Shown: positions 48,027 to 57,968 of the stretch, piece after piece
Numbering within the stretch: the stretch's first letter is position 1
Layout of the letters: the number at the start of each line of letters is the position of its first letter
Source of the DNA: an uncultured Candidatus Saccharibacteria bacterium
GTDB lineage: Bacteria > Patescibacteriota > CAZHWT01
Direction: 5' to 3'
Length of the DNA stretch: 64,000 bases
Assembly: GCA_964597145.1 (NCBI GenBank)
Contig: CAZQWH010000002.1
Coordinates: forward strand, 113,232-177,231
Made by a program: the position numbers and the translations under genes
Notes under the pieces: generated by a model
What the model saw: only the letters and a program-made list of their open reading frames with translations
What the model was told of the DNA's origin: nothing
The model's database searches: none

Positions 48027-50732
48027 TTAAATCGACGTATTGTCTTCATTGAGCTCAACTGTCGATCCAGGCTTAATTTCACCACTCAACATCCGCTTGG
48101 CCAGCATATTTTCCACTTTATCTTGAATCAGGTGGCGCAATGGCCGGGCACCGTAAACCGGATCATAGCCAGACTCGGCAATTTTCTTCACTAAGCCCTC
48201 ACTAATAGTGAGAGTAATATTTTTTTGGGCGATGGTTTGGGCAATTTCGTCAAACATTAATTTGACCACCTGGATTGTCTCGGTTAATTGCAGCGGCTTA
48301 AACACCACAATATCATCGAAGCGATTTAAAAACTCAGGGCGGAAGAACTTCTGAGATAGTAATTCTTTGACTGCGGGAGTGATTTGATCCGCGGTATAAC
48401 CCTGCTGAATTGCCGATTGAATGGAGCGCGAACCCGCATTAGACGTGGCGATAATAATGGTGCTATTAAAGTTAGAGGTACGCCCTATGCTATCAGTTAA
48501 ACGACCATCATCAAAAACTTGTAAAAAAATATCGGCTATATGTGGATGAGCTTTCTCTAATTCATCAAGTAGTATGACTGTGTATGGGTTATTATGCACA
48601 GCCGTTGTAAGGTAGCCACCTTCTTCATATCCAACCTGACCTGGCGGAGGCCCAATGAGCTTATTAACACTATCTGGGGCTTGATACTCACTCATGTCGA
48701 GACGAATCATGGCTTCTTCAGAGCCAAAGTAACTTTGAGCAATGGTTTTAGCTAGAGCAGTTTTACCCGATCCGGTTGGGCCAACAAACAAAAATACAGC
48801 CATTGGGCGCTTATCGTCCCGCAGGCCAGCTCGGGACCGACGTAAAGCATCAGCTACCGAGTTAACTGCTTCATCTTGACCAACAATTCGCTGGTGTAGT
48901 AACTGTTCAAGATTCATCAGCTTAGTGGCTTCATCTTCACTAACGGAAGCAACTGGAATCCCAGTTTTTTGCGATACAACTTCAGCTACATCTTCAGCCG
49001 TAGCCGTCGACTTTTTGCGTTGGGCAACATAGGCAGCTACCTCATCAATTAAGTCAATTGCTTTTTCGGGTAAGACACGGTCATGAATGTATCGAGTCGA
49101 CAATTCAACGGCGGCCTGGATGGCCGGCATGGTAATTTGAACACCCTGTTTTTTCTCAAAGGCTGGAGTGAACTCCTGTAGAATTTCGGCAGCTAATTCA
49201 GGCGTAGGCTCTTCTATGGCTACCGATTGGAAATGTTGGGCAAAGCTAGCTTCAGGTTCAATATGGCGATGATAGGCAGCGACAGTCGTTGACCCAATAA
49301 TCCGCAAAGCACCCGATTCAATATATGGAGTAAGGATGGCTTTAACGTCGATGGTGCCAATTCCATCTTGGCGAACTAAATTCTCAATTGCATCAATAAA
49401 TAATATAGTTTTACCCGCAGTTAACTCCGAGAGTGACTTGTTCAACAAAGTGCCAATATCGGTCGGAGATTTAGCTGCCGAAAGTAGACGAGCTAAATCT
49501 AGTTGGATAACCCGACTTTCAGCCAAAGCCGGTGATATAGTAGATTGGAGTATAGCCTGGGCAATCCCGTCAACAATCGAACTTTTACCAATTCCCGGCT
49601 CGCCAATCAGGAGCGCATTATTTTTTGTCGCTCTCTCTAGAATCTGCACCACCTGTCCAATTTCCTGCTCACGACCAATAATATAAGGTACCTGACCCGA
49701 CGCGACCTGGGCAGTAATATCGTACGAAAATTGTTTCATCGTTGGCGTCCAACCACTCGTCCAGCCTTGATCTACACCACTCTGGCGCCGGAAGTTTTCA
49801 TCGCGCCACCACTGCCATCCTCCCCGATGACGGTTCTCCGTCTCTATCCACTCTACCGCCTGGGATAACTCTTCTAACCGAACTCCCAAGTCGGCTAAGA
49901 TTTGGGCAACTAATGGGCTGACCGTCACCAGACCTAAAAATAAATCTGGCGTGCTAATATACTGGTGGCGGTGATGTAGAGCCTGTTTAATCGCAGCGTC
50001 GGCTAAATCATCAAGTGCCACAACCTGGCTTTGCTTGGCCGACTGCTGGCTAATCCTGCTCACCAATTGCTCATCGGTTAATTCCATCCGTTTAAATAAT
50101 TTTAATACTTCAGGGTCATCGGCTAGTGAGCGCGTTAACAACCCTGTCGAGAAAGAGGGGGGGAGGCCACGTAAAATTTTCCGAGCTCGACCCGATGCAT
50201 ATTCTCGCAATTCAATACCTGTTGGTAAAGCCGGAGGCAAACCTTCCTCGGCCTCATCCATTAACTGCTGCAAGGTTCGCTTGGGTTGCAAGACATAGCC
50301 TAACCAGTAGGCACAAAAGGCAGCTAGGGTAAGGCACAGACCCCACAACACCTCCCAGCCCCCAGCTCGAATGCCAATAAAAAAACTAAATGGCCAAGCT
50401 AGCCACAACCCATATCCAACCACCAAAACTAACCCAACCACCACTACAACCACACCTCCAACAGCCACCAGGATCAAGCGCAAAACAAAACCCATGAAGC
50501 GGCCAACTGCTGTGCGGTCATTGTGGTACGGGGCAAATAAGGCTTTCAGCTGTGAAAGTAAGGCAGTTCGATCAAGGGCAATTAATAAAGTGCGCGAAGC
50601 GACAAGCCACCACCATTTTGACTGAGCCAAAAACCACCACTGCGGAAAATGTAAAAAATAGGTTAGGGCAGGCATAACAATAAAGGTATAGATTCCACGT
50701 TGCACGCTAACTTGAAACGAATCTGTCAGCAA
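48027..50732 (-). CDS. Clp/Hsp100-family AAA+ ATPase (two AAA modules, Clp_N-like repeats) with N-terminal polytopic membrane extension
   Basis: D1 Walker A GEPGIGKSS and D2 GPTGSGKTA. No IGF/IGL ClpP-docking loop was seen, so the loop is ClpB-like, and there is no long M-domain. About 150 N-terminal residues form 3-4 hydrophobic helices. Start codon uncertain (TTG at 50732 or a downstream ATG). Confidence 0.8.
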   Translation of the reverse strand: MLTDSFQVSVQRGIYTFIVMPALTYFLHFPQWWFLAQSKWWWLVASRTLLIALDRTALLSQLKALFAPYHNDRTAVGRFMGFVLRLILVAVGGVVVVVVGLVLVVGYGLWLAWPFSFFIGIRAGGWEVLWGLCLTLAAFCAYWLGYVLQPKRTLQQLMDEAEEGLPPALPTGIELREYASGRARKILRGLPPSFSTGLLTRSLADDPEVLKLFKRMELTDEQLVSRISQQSAKQSQVVALDDLADAAIKQALHHRHQYISTPDLFLGLVTVSPLVAQILADLGVRLEELSQAVEWIETENRHRGGWQWWRDENFRRQSGVDQGWTSGWTPTMKQFSYDITAQVASGQVPYIIGREQEIGQVVQILERATKNNALLIGEPGIGKSSIVDGIAQAILQSTISPALAESRVIQLDLARLLSAAKSPTDIGTLLNKSLSELTAGKTILFIDAIENLVRQDGIGTIDVKAILTPYIESGALRIIGSTTVAAYHRHIEPEASFAQHFQSVAIEEPTPELAAEILQEFTPAFEKKQGVQITMPAIQAAVELSTRYIHDRVLPEKAIDLIDEVAAYVAQRKKSTATAEDVAEVVSQKTGIPVASVSEDEATKLMNLEQLLHQRIVGQDEAVNSVADALRRSRAGLRDDKRPMAVFLFVGPTGSGKTALAKTIAQSYFGSEEAMIRLDMSEYQAPDSVNKLIGPPPGQVGYEEGGYLTTAVHNNPYTVILLDELEKAHPHIADIFLQVFDDGRLTDSIGRTSNFNSTIIIATSNAGSRSIQSAIQQGYTADQITPAVKELLSQKFFRPEFLNRFDDIVVFKPLQLTETIQVVKLMFDEIAQTIAQKNITLTISEGLVKKIAESGYDPVYGARPLRHLIQDKVENMLAKRMLSGEIKPGSTVELNEDNTSI

Positions 50733-50862
50733 TTAAACGCATGGCCTACAACGTATTTCACTTCTCACATTGTACTGAGGTGCACTCATCTGTGCAAGCT
50801 CAATCTAACCAAAAGCACCAGGCAAATTCTTCAAATCCACATGGAGTAATAGCTGCAGCTAA

Positions 50863-51519
50863 CTAGTGCTTTCCCAAAAATTTCAAACGAAATCCGCGAC
50901 GATGAAGAGGGGAGAGGCCATGGATTTTGATTGCCTGTTGATGAGTAGCTGTTCCATACCCTTTGTGCTGGTCAAAATGATACTGAGGAAACCGTGCGGC
51001 CAGGTCTGTCATTAATTGGTCTCGATGTACTTTGGCAATAATTGAAGCGGCTGCAATTGAGGCGACCAAGCTATCACCTTTAACCACCGCCAACTGCCGA
51101 CTGTCTTCGATTTGAGGATGGTTAAAACCATCAATCAGTACAAAATCCGGCACAAGATCAAGTCGCGCTAAAGCCCGACTCATTGCTAAAAAATTTGCGG
51201 GGCCAATACCCAACTGATTTATTTCCTCAACCTCAGCCAGACCAATAGCTGCCTGGGTAGCGACCAACCGGATTTGATCATTGAGTTGTAGCCTTTGCCT
51301 AGCAGACAACTTCTTGGAATCTCGAAGCAGCCGAGGCAGTACAAGGGTATTTTGGCCAGCCGAAAGTTGGCCATAACAGACACTCTGGCGAGGAAGTTGA
51401 ACCGCTGCTGCTACCACGGGGCCAGCCCATGCACCACGTCCCACTTCGTCTACGCCAACCACCACCTCACATCCTTCATCCCACGCACGTTGCTCGTAAT
51501 CTAAATTAGGCTGGATCAT
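50863..51519 (-). CDS. rnhB: ribonuclease HII
   Basis: VVGVDEVGRGAWAGPVVAAAV catalytic N-terminus. Confidence 0.9.
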   Translation of the reverse strand: MIQPNLDYEQRAWDEGCEVVVGVDEVGRGAWAGPVVAAAVQLPRQSVCYGQLSAGQNTLVLPRLLRDSKKLSARQRLQLNDQIRLVATQAAIGLAEVEEINQLGIGPANFLAMSRALARLDLVPDFVLIDGFNHPQIEDSRQLAVVKGDSLVASIAAASIIAKVHRDQLMTDLAARFPQYHFDQHKGYGTATHQQAIKIHGLSPLHRRGFRLKFLGKH

Positions 51520-53465
51520 AAACCAGGAGAGGGTATCGGTGAAGGGGTAGGAGTGGTACTAACATAGCCACGAGGCAAGCGATCGATGTACTTGTGAGCA
51601 CGGTCAAGCTTAATCGGATCATAACTGGGGAACTCTTTGACAGGCATGCCCTGAGTTGCAAAGGTCATAAAGTCGTGCCACAAAGGGGCGGCAACATTAA
51701 TGCCATCTGCCCGAGGATTAAGATCTCTTCCCGAAGTATTACCCGCCCAAACGGTTGTAAGCAGGTCGGTGGTATAACCAATTGTCCAAGCATCCTTTGG
51801 ACCCGAAGTGGTGCCGGTTTTGGCAGCTGCCGGACGATTGGCCAAAGTATAGTTAGTAAAATACTCACCTCCATAGACCTGGCGCTTGAGTGTATAGTCA
51901 GAAATGACATCACTAACCGCAGCCACGGCTTGCTGGTTAAGAATCTGCCTAGTGGCCAGGGTGCCACTATTATCGAGCAAAACCTTTCCATGGCGATCTA
52001 CCACCTTTAACAGGGGTGAAAGGGTAATTTGCTTACCTCCATTAGCCAGGGTCGCATAGGCTTGGGTCATATCAAGCGGAGTAACTTCCACGGCCCCTAG
52101 CGCTAACGGCAGGGTGTAATTATAACCGGTAATAATGGGAAAACCCATCTTCGCCATATTCTGTGTAGCCGCGTCAATGCCTACTCCGCGCATAACTCGT
52201 ACCGCCGGAATGTTCAACGAAGAAACCAACGCTTGACGCAAGGTAACATAGCGCCCACTGGCTCCACCGCCATAGTTAGTCGGCTTATAACCGCCACCAA
52301 AATCTTCAACCATATCCAGCACATATGTATCGGGTGAATACGCCTGACTAAAAGCAGTGTAATATAGTAACGGTTTAATCGTACTGCCTGGTTGACGATC
52401 AGAAGTATTCATGTCAACTTGGGATATCGCAAAATCAGCTCCACCAACATATGCTAGGATTTGGCCAGTCTTAGGGTTGGCCGAAATCAGTGCAGCGTTT
52501 GAAGCCTGCCATTCTTTGGTATTACGAGCCACCTGCTCAGCCAACATAATTTCGGCTTGCTGTTGCAGTTTGGGATTCAAAGTAGTTTGCACACTCAAAC
52601 CTCCATTAACCACCTCTTGGCCAAAAGTCTCTTCAAGTAAATTGCGGACATAAAACGAGAAAAAGGGATACTTTAAAACCGCCGAACGAGGTTTAAACTC
52701 AACTACTTCGGATAAGGCTGCAGCATAATCGGACGCCGTGAGAAAACCAAACTCCTTCATTCGACTCAACACCAGATGCTGCCGCGTTGTTAAACCGTCA
52801 TAATTAGCATAAGGATCTAAGGTAGATGGAGCATTAATCAGCGCGGCAATATAAGCCCCTTGGGCTGTGGATAATTCACGAACAGGTACACCAAAATATT
52901 CTTGGGCAGCTGCGCCCAAGCCGACCAGCTCACCGCCAACCGGAACTTCATTAAGATACCGTTCTAAAATCTCATCTTTAGAGTACTGTCGGGTCATAAC
53001 GATAGAGATCATAATTTCACGAAACTTACGCCAGATGGTATTTTCTTTCGATACCACTAACTGCTGGGCGAGCTGCTGGGTTATAGTAGAACCACCTTGA
53101 AGCAATTGATCTTGGCGCACATCAACAGCCGCGGCACGAATTAAGCTCTTAATCGAAAATCCAGGGTTAGTGTAAAAAGTGCGATCTTCGGCAGCTAAAA
53201 AAGCATTAATAACTGGCCGCGGAACGTCTTGTATTGAAATAGTGCGCCGTTTGGCTGCCCCAATCTCGTAAATAAGCTGTCCTGTCCGGTCATATATCTT
53301 AGTGCTTTCAATTGGGGCAGCAGAAATATCGGGCAAGTCTTCTGCCGCAAATGCCTGTTGACCAACATACTCAACAGCCTTCCCCAGAACAATATACCCA
53401 AAACCAACTCCAGCACAGATTAAAATAAATAAGGTTACAATTACCGAAAATCGGGATAGCGACAT
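51516..53465 (-). CDS. class A penicillin-binding protein (second copy)
   Basis: GT51 motifs EDRTFYTNPG and GGSTITQQL, plus a transpeptidase domain. Confidence 0.88.
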   Translation of the reverse strand: MSLSRFSVIVTLFILICAGVGFGYIVLGKAVEYVGQQAFAAEDLPDISAAPIESTKIYDRTGQLIYEIGAAKRRTISIQDVPRPVINAFLAAEDRTFYTNPGFSIKSLIRAAAVDVRQDQLLQGGSTITQQLAQQLVVSKENTIWRKFREIMISIVMTRQYSKDEILERYLNEVPVGGELVGLGAAAQEYFGVPVRELSTAQGAYIAALINAPSTLDPYANYDGLTTRQHLVLSRMKEFGFLTASDYAAALSEVVEFKPRSAVLKYPFFSFYVRNLLEETFGQEVVNGGLSVQTTLNPKLQQQAEIMLAEQVARNTKEWQASNAALISANPKTGQILAYVGGADFAISQVDMNTSDRQPGSTIKPLLYYTAFSQAYSPDTYVLDMVEDFGGGYKPTNYGGGASGRYVTLRQALVSSLNIPAVRVMRGVGIDAATQNMAKMGFPIITGYNYTLPLALGAVEVTPLDMTQAYATLANGGKQITLSPLLKVVDRHGKVLLDNSGTLATRQILNQQAVAAVSDVISDYTLKRQVYGGEYFTNYTLANRPAAAKTGTTSGPKDAWTIGYTTDLLTTVWAGNTSGRDLNPRADGINVAAPLWHDFMTFATQGMPVKEFPSYDPIKLDRAHKYIDRLPRGYVSTTPTPSPIPSPGL

Positions 53466-53500
53466 AAAAACAGTTGAATGGTAAAGCTACTCGCTACAAG

Positions 53501-53722
53501 TTAACCAAATAACCCAGGAAAGCGAGAGTAAATGACAAAACCAACAAAAGCGATCAGGAGAAGTAGCGAAATAAGAAAGCCAATAGCAAAACCAACCCCC
53601 ATGGCGATGCCAAACCAAACGCCGTGGGTGAGCCGGACGGTTAAATTAGTGGAAGGAAGATGAGCACCTGGCTTCTCTTTAGCCAACTCTTCCCAATGAC
53701 TTGAGGGCTTCTCTTGTGCCAT
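53501..53722 (-). CDS. hypothetical small membrane protein upstream of PBP
   Basis: ATG at 53720-53722. C-terminal TM helix GIAMGVGFAIGFLISLLLLIAFVGFVIY. Confidence 0.4.
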   Translation of the reverse strand: MAQEKPSSHWEELAKEKPGAHLPSTNLTVRLTHGVWFGIAMGVGFAIGFLISLLLLIAFVGFVIYSRFPGLFG

Positions 53723-53832
53723 AGAGATACATTGTATCACGCCCATTAAACGATATGTCGAGAGTTGAGCTCTAGTAAAAAGGTAACAGCTAACGAGGAG
53801 GAGGCCGTCCACTCATGGTACACTCATAAGCA

Positions 53833-54453
53833 ATGATTGTCCTCGATAAAGCCATTCAACATCTTCAGTTAGATCCGGTTATGGCTCAATTAGTTAGGCG
53901 TTATAACCCACCCGTCTGGAGGAAACCTGATGAGATTAATCTGTTCGCTGATGTGATTGGGTCAATTATCAGTCAGCAATTATCAGTTAAAGTGGCCGAT
54001 GTGATTGAAGCTAGGGTGTACAAACTCCTACCCGAAGCTGAGGTAACTCCAGAATTAATAGCCGCCTTAGATCCGGAATCTATCAGATCATGTGGAGTTT
54101 CGTACGCTAAAATCCGCTATATGAAAGCCGCCGCCGAAGCCGCATTGTCGGGCCAAGTTGTCTACCAGGAATTACTTCATAAGTCCGATGAGGAGGTCAT
54201 TGCCAATTTAGTCTCTATCCACGGAGTGGGGAAGTGGACCGCCGAAATGCTGCTCATCTCCAGCTTACACCGCCCAGATATATTTTCTGTAGGCGACTTA
54301 GGTTTGCGCACTGCAGTCTCACGATTATACGGGGTAGACCGAACCGACCTACCTGCAATCACCGATATTGCCCAACCCTGGTCGCCCTATCGCTCAATTG
54401 CCAGCAAGTATTTATGGAAAAGTTTAGATAATGAACCACGCCTAAAAATATAG
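53833..54453 (+). CDS. HhH-GPD family DNA glycosylase (AlkA-like)
   Basis: HhH-GPD segment IHGVGKWTAEMLLIS...GDLGL. Confidence 0.75.
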   Translation: MIVLDKAIQHLQLDPVMAQLVRRYNPPVWRKPDEINLFADVIGSIISQQLSVKVADVIEARVYKLLPEAEVTPELIAALDPESIRSCGVSYAKIRYMKAAAEAALSGQVVYQELLHKSDEEVIANLVSIHGVGKWTAEMLLISSLHRPDIFSVGDLGLRTAVSRLYGVDRTDLPAITDIAQPWSPYRSIASKYLWKSLDNEPRLKI

Positions 54454-54658
54454 AAGTGTGGAGAGAGGGGAGAGAATTATTCTCCAACCTATCTCCAAAG
54501 CACTTTTTAATTTTGGCCTCCCACCACACCACTCTCTAACCCAATTCTTTGACAAAAAACAGTAGGGGCCTAAACCTATCAATTGCTTCCATTTTCAAGT
54601 GAAACTTCAAATAAAAAGATAGACAATCCTTTCACATTATCCGATAATACAGCCTGCC

Positions 54659-55711
54659 ATGACTATCTATTCACAATCAGAAGTTAAAACTCGCACCAAT
54701 CAAATTATCCATAAGGTGCTACAACAACAGCGCTTACGGGCCGTCGAAGTACATGCAGCTTATGCTCAGCTGTGGCAAACCATTGATGACTTAATTATGG
54801 CTGGTGGCAAGCGAATGCGGCCATATTTAACCTATATAGCCCACACCCTATTTGCCGATACAAACAATAGCGATATTTTCACAATTGCAGCTGCCCAAGA
54901 ATTCCTGCATTTCGCCTTGTTAATTCACGATGACATTATTGATCGAGATACCATCCGCTATGGCCAGAAAAACATCATGGGACAGTATGAATCAATCTAT
55001 GCAGCAGCCAAGGATAATACCGACCATTTTGCGAGCGGTGCGGCCTTAATGGCTGGCGATCTAGCTCTAGCCCAGGCTTACGACCTCATTAATCAATCAG
55101 CACTCCCAGCATCTAAAAAATTTGAGACTATTCGCTATCTCAGCCAGTCAATCTTCTATGTGGCTGGCGGAGAGCTGTTAGATATGGAGGCAACTTTTCG
55201 CCAGCCATGCGCCGATTACTTTACCATCGCCCAGCATAAAACTGCGAGGTATTCATTCGTCGGACCACTCCTAACCGGAGCAAATATAGCCTCTGCGCCT
55301 GCATTATCCGTAACGCATCTAACTAAATTTGGGCTTAATTTAGGTATTGCCTATCAACTAGCAGATGACTTGCTCGGCCTATATGGCAACCAAGAGTCAA
55401 TTGGCAAACCAATTATTAGCGACCTCCGTGAAGGGAAGAAAACCCATTTATTTGAGGTAATTCAGCAATTAAGTAGCCCAGCCGATCATAAATATTTTTC
55501 TCAAGTCTGGGGCAATCCTCAGGTAACCGTACAAGATGTTAACCAAGTTCGGCAGATTGGTATACATACAGGCGCGAAAAGTAGGGTAGAGGAGCTAATG
55601 CGCCAATATGCCCGGCAGTCGCTGCAGTCACTAAACGACCTATCAGTAGCTTCAGATAGAACGCAGCCGTTACGACAGCTCGCAAATAAAGTGGTCAACC
55701 AAACATTTTAA
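54659..55711 (+). CDS. polyprenyl diphosphate synthase
   Basis: FARM LLIHDDIID and SARM LADDLLG aspartate-rich motifs. Confidence 0.85.
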   Translation: MTIYSQSEVKTRTNQIIHKVLQQQRLRAVEVHAAYAQLWQTIDDLIMAGGKRMRPYLTYIAHTLFADTNNSDIFTIAAAQEFLHFALLIHDDIIDRDTIRYGQKNIMGQYESIYAAAKDNTDHFASGAALMAGDLALAQAYDLINQSALPASKKFETIRYLSQSIFYVAGGELLDMEATFRQPCADYFTIAQHKTARYSFVGPLLTGANIASAPALSVTHLTKFGLNLGIAYQLADDLLGLYGNQESIGKPIISDLREGKKTHLFEVIQQLSSPADHKYFSQVWGNPQVTVQDVNQVRQIGIHTGAKSRVEELMRQYARQSLQSLNDLSVASDRTQPLRQLANKVVNQTF

Positions 55712-56155
55712 CTAGCCCCCAGCTAGAAGGTCGTGTTTTTGACATTTACGGCAAATTCCTTGAATCTCCAACTGATGCGAAACCAACCTGATTTGGTGCT
55801 TAATGGCTAATTGGTTGATTTGTTTCTCAATCACCTCGTCCTCAATCACCGCAATAATTCTCCCACACTCAGTGCAGGTAAGGTGGTGATGGTGATGGCT
55901 AAACGCTTCTGCCAATTCAATTTTATACTTCCAACCAATAGAAATACGATGAACTATTCCAAGTTGCTCAAACAACCTAATTGTCCGATATAAGCTAGCA
56001 CGATCAAGCTGGCTTTCAAGCTGACGGTAGAGGCTGCCAATATCAATTGGAGGTTGATGCCATAAACGTTGGAAGACAAGTAGCCGTCCAGCCGTTAAGC
56101 TATAGCCACGCTGCTTCAGTATAGCAATAAAGAGTTGCCTATCTTTTTCCTGCAT
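55712..56155 (-). CDS. zur: Fur-family metalloregulator, probably Zur
   Basis: Fur fold with HHHHH, CxxC motifs. Divergent from znuACB. Confidence 0.75.
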   Translation of the reverse strand: MQEKDRQLFIAILKQRGYSLTAGRLLVFQRLWHQPPIDIGSLYRQLESQLDRASLYRTIRLFEQLGIVHRISIGWKYKIELAEAFSHHHHHLTCTECGRIIAVIEDEVIEKQINQLAIKHQIRLVSHQLEIQGICRKCQKHDLLAGG

Positions 56156-56156
56156 G

Positions 56157-56192
56157 TTGCAAATATATCATATTTTTGCAACAAATTTGCAA
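56157..56192. promoter_or_regulatory. putative Zur operator: three palindromic TTGCAA hexamers in the zur/znuA divergent promoter
   Basis: TTGCAA at 56157, 56176 and 56187 in an AT-rich context. TACAAT -10 at 56210-56215, 9 nt before the znuA ATG. Confidence 0.45.
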
Positions 56193-56224
56193 AAATTAGA
56201 AGGTATTCCTACAATATACAAGCA

Positions 56225-57247
56225 ATGTCACAAACACCTGTAAATCAGCAACGCCGTAAGGCTCAGCGAAAGAAGCCAAGGTCGACCAGTCGGCGGAAAT
56301 ACTTATCGATACGGCAGTGGACTGGAGTTGGGCTAATTATCCTTCTGGTTGGGCTAGCTATCTGGTTTGGAATTCAACAAAAAATAACTGGAGCCGACTC
56401 CACTAATAAGCTCCAGGTCATGGCTAGCTTTTACCCAGTGTACGATTTAGCTCGTCAGGTTGGCGGGGATATGGCTGTAGTAAATAATGTAACACCTCCA
56501 GGGGCCGAAGCCCATGATTTTGAGCCTTCACCTAAAACCCTCGCTAAAGCTTACCAGTCCGATTTATTTATTTATCACGATGAGGCGATGGAGCCATGGG
56601 TATCAAAGTTTATTAAAGACTACCCCGGAACTATCGTGCGCACCATTAGCCACATCAATCTTCACACAACCAACGACGAGCATGCTCACACCACCGGGGA
56701 TGAAGATGAGCCTATGCAAACACAGATGTATGACCCTCATGTCTGGGTAGATCCCGTTTTGGCTAGTAAAATGGTGGAGACTATCTTGGCTGGTTTTATT
56801 GCCGCCGACCCCTCCCATCGCCTCGCCTACCAACAGAATGCCACAAATTTACAATCACAACTAGCTCAGCTCGATCGGGAGTTTCGTCAACAACTAGCAA
56901 CCTGCAAACAGCGCACCATTGTAACCTCGCACGCCGCCTATCACTATCTAGCCGATCGTTACAATTTAACTATTTTACCAATTTCCGGTCTCACCCCAAC
57001 CCAGGAACCAAGTGCTGGTAAGCTGGCTGAGCTTAGTAAATTAGTTGAAAAACAGCATATCTCAACTATATTTTTTGAAAGCCAGACTAATCCGGATCTA
57101 GCCCAAACACTGGCTCGAGAAACTGGAGCAAAAACTGCTATACTAGATCCGATAGAGGGGATCAACCAAGCGTCATCAGAGGAATCATATGTCAGTATTC
57201 AACAAAAAAACCTCGTCAATCTCAAAGCAGCACTCTCATGTAACTAA
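56225..57247 (+). CDS. znuA: zinc ABC transporter substrate-binding protein ZnuA
   Basis: ZnuA/TroA fold with His/Asp/Glu-rich loop DEHAHTTGDEDEP. ATG at 56225 preferred over the upstream extension. Confidence 0.8.
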   Translation: MSQTPVNQQRRKAQRKKPRSTSRRKYLSIRQWTGVGLIILLVGLAIWFGIQQKITGADSTNKLQVMASFYPVYDLARQVGGDMAVVNNVTPPGAEAHDFEPSPKTLAKAYQSDLFIYHDEAMEPWVSKFIKDYPGTIVRTISHINLHTTNDEHAHTTGDEDEPMQTQMYDPHVWVDPVLASKMVETILAGFIAADPSHRLAYQQNATNLQSQLAQLDREFRQQLATCKQRTIVTSHAAYHYLADRYNLTILPISGLTPTQEPSAGKLAELSKLVEKQHISTIFFESQTNPDLAQTLARETGAKTAILDPIEGINQASSEESYVSIQQKNLVNLKAALSCN

Positions 57248-57968
57248 TCAACCCTTAATCAACGTGGATAAACTGACGGTTACACTGGGAGGGGTTAAAG
57301 TTGTGCAAAACGTCTCATTCGATATAAATGAAGGGGAATTTATTGGACTCATCGGCACAAACGGCTCGGGAAAGAGCAGCTTGTTGCGGGCAATGCTCGG
57401 TTTGCTACCACACACTGGCCGAGTCAACCAGCATATAACAGGATCGATCAGTTATGTGCAACAACGCGGCACTATCCAAAACCAACAAACACCTATAAGT
57501 GTCCGTGAAGTTGTGGAATTGGGATCAAAAGGGGATCACCAAGCTGCCGATGAAGCCTTGCAAGTGGTAGATATGCATCGATTTGCTTCAAGGTCATTTA
57601 GCCAACTATCCGGCGGTCAACAGCAAAAAGTATATATAGCCAAGGCCCTAGCCAGTAACCCTTGCTTATTAATTTTAGATGAGCCAACCACGGGGATCGA
57701 TGAACAATCACAAGTTGAATTTTATGCGCTACTCCAAAACCTACAACAGCAAGGTATCGCCATCCTCATGGTGTCACACAGCATCGATACCGTACTCCGT
57801 CTGGTAAAGCGGGTTATCTGCCTCAATCGAACCATTCTCTACGATGGGCCACCAGCTCATTTTGTCGCGGATAAATATATGCCCAAATATTACACCCAGC
57901 GTCACCGCACCATCCATCATTATCGCCGTGAACCATTCCTTGGTGCAAAGGAGTTGCTCCATGATTGA
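57189..57968 (+). CDS. znuC: zinc ABC transporter ATP-binding protein ZnuC
   Basis: Walker A GTNGSGKSS, signature LSGGQQQK. True start probably downstream (for example GTG near 57264) because the 5' end overlaps znuA. Confidence 0.8.
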   Translation: MSVFNKKTSSISKQHSHVTNQPLINVDKLTVTLGGVKVVQNVSFDINEGEFIGLIGTNGSGKSSLLRAMLGLLPHTGRVNQHITGSISYVQQRGTIQNQQTPISVREVVELGSKGDHQAADEALQVVDMHRFASRSFSQLSGGQQQKVYIAKALASNPCLLILDEPTTGIDEQSQVEFYALLQNLQQQGIAILMVSHSIDTVLRLVKRVICLNRTILYDGPPAHFVADKYMPKYYTQRHRTIHHYRREPFLGAKELLHD

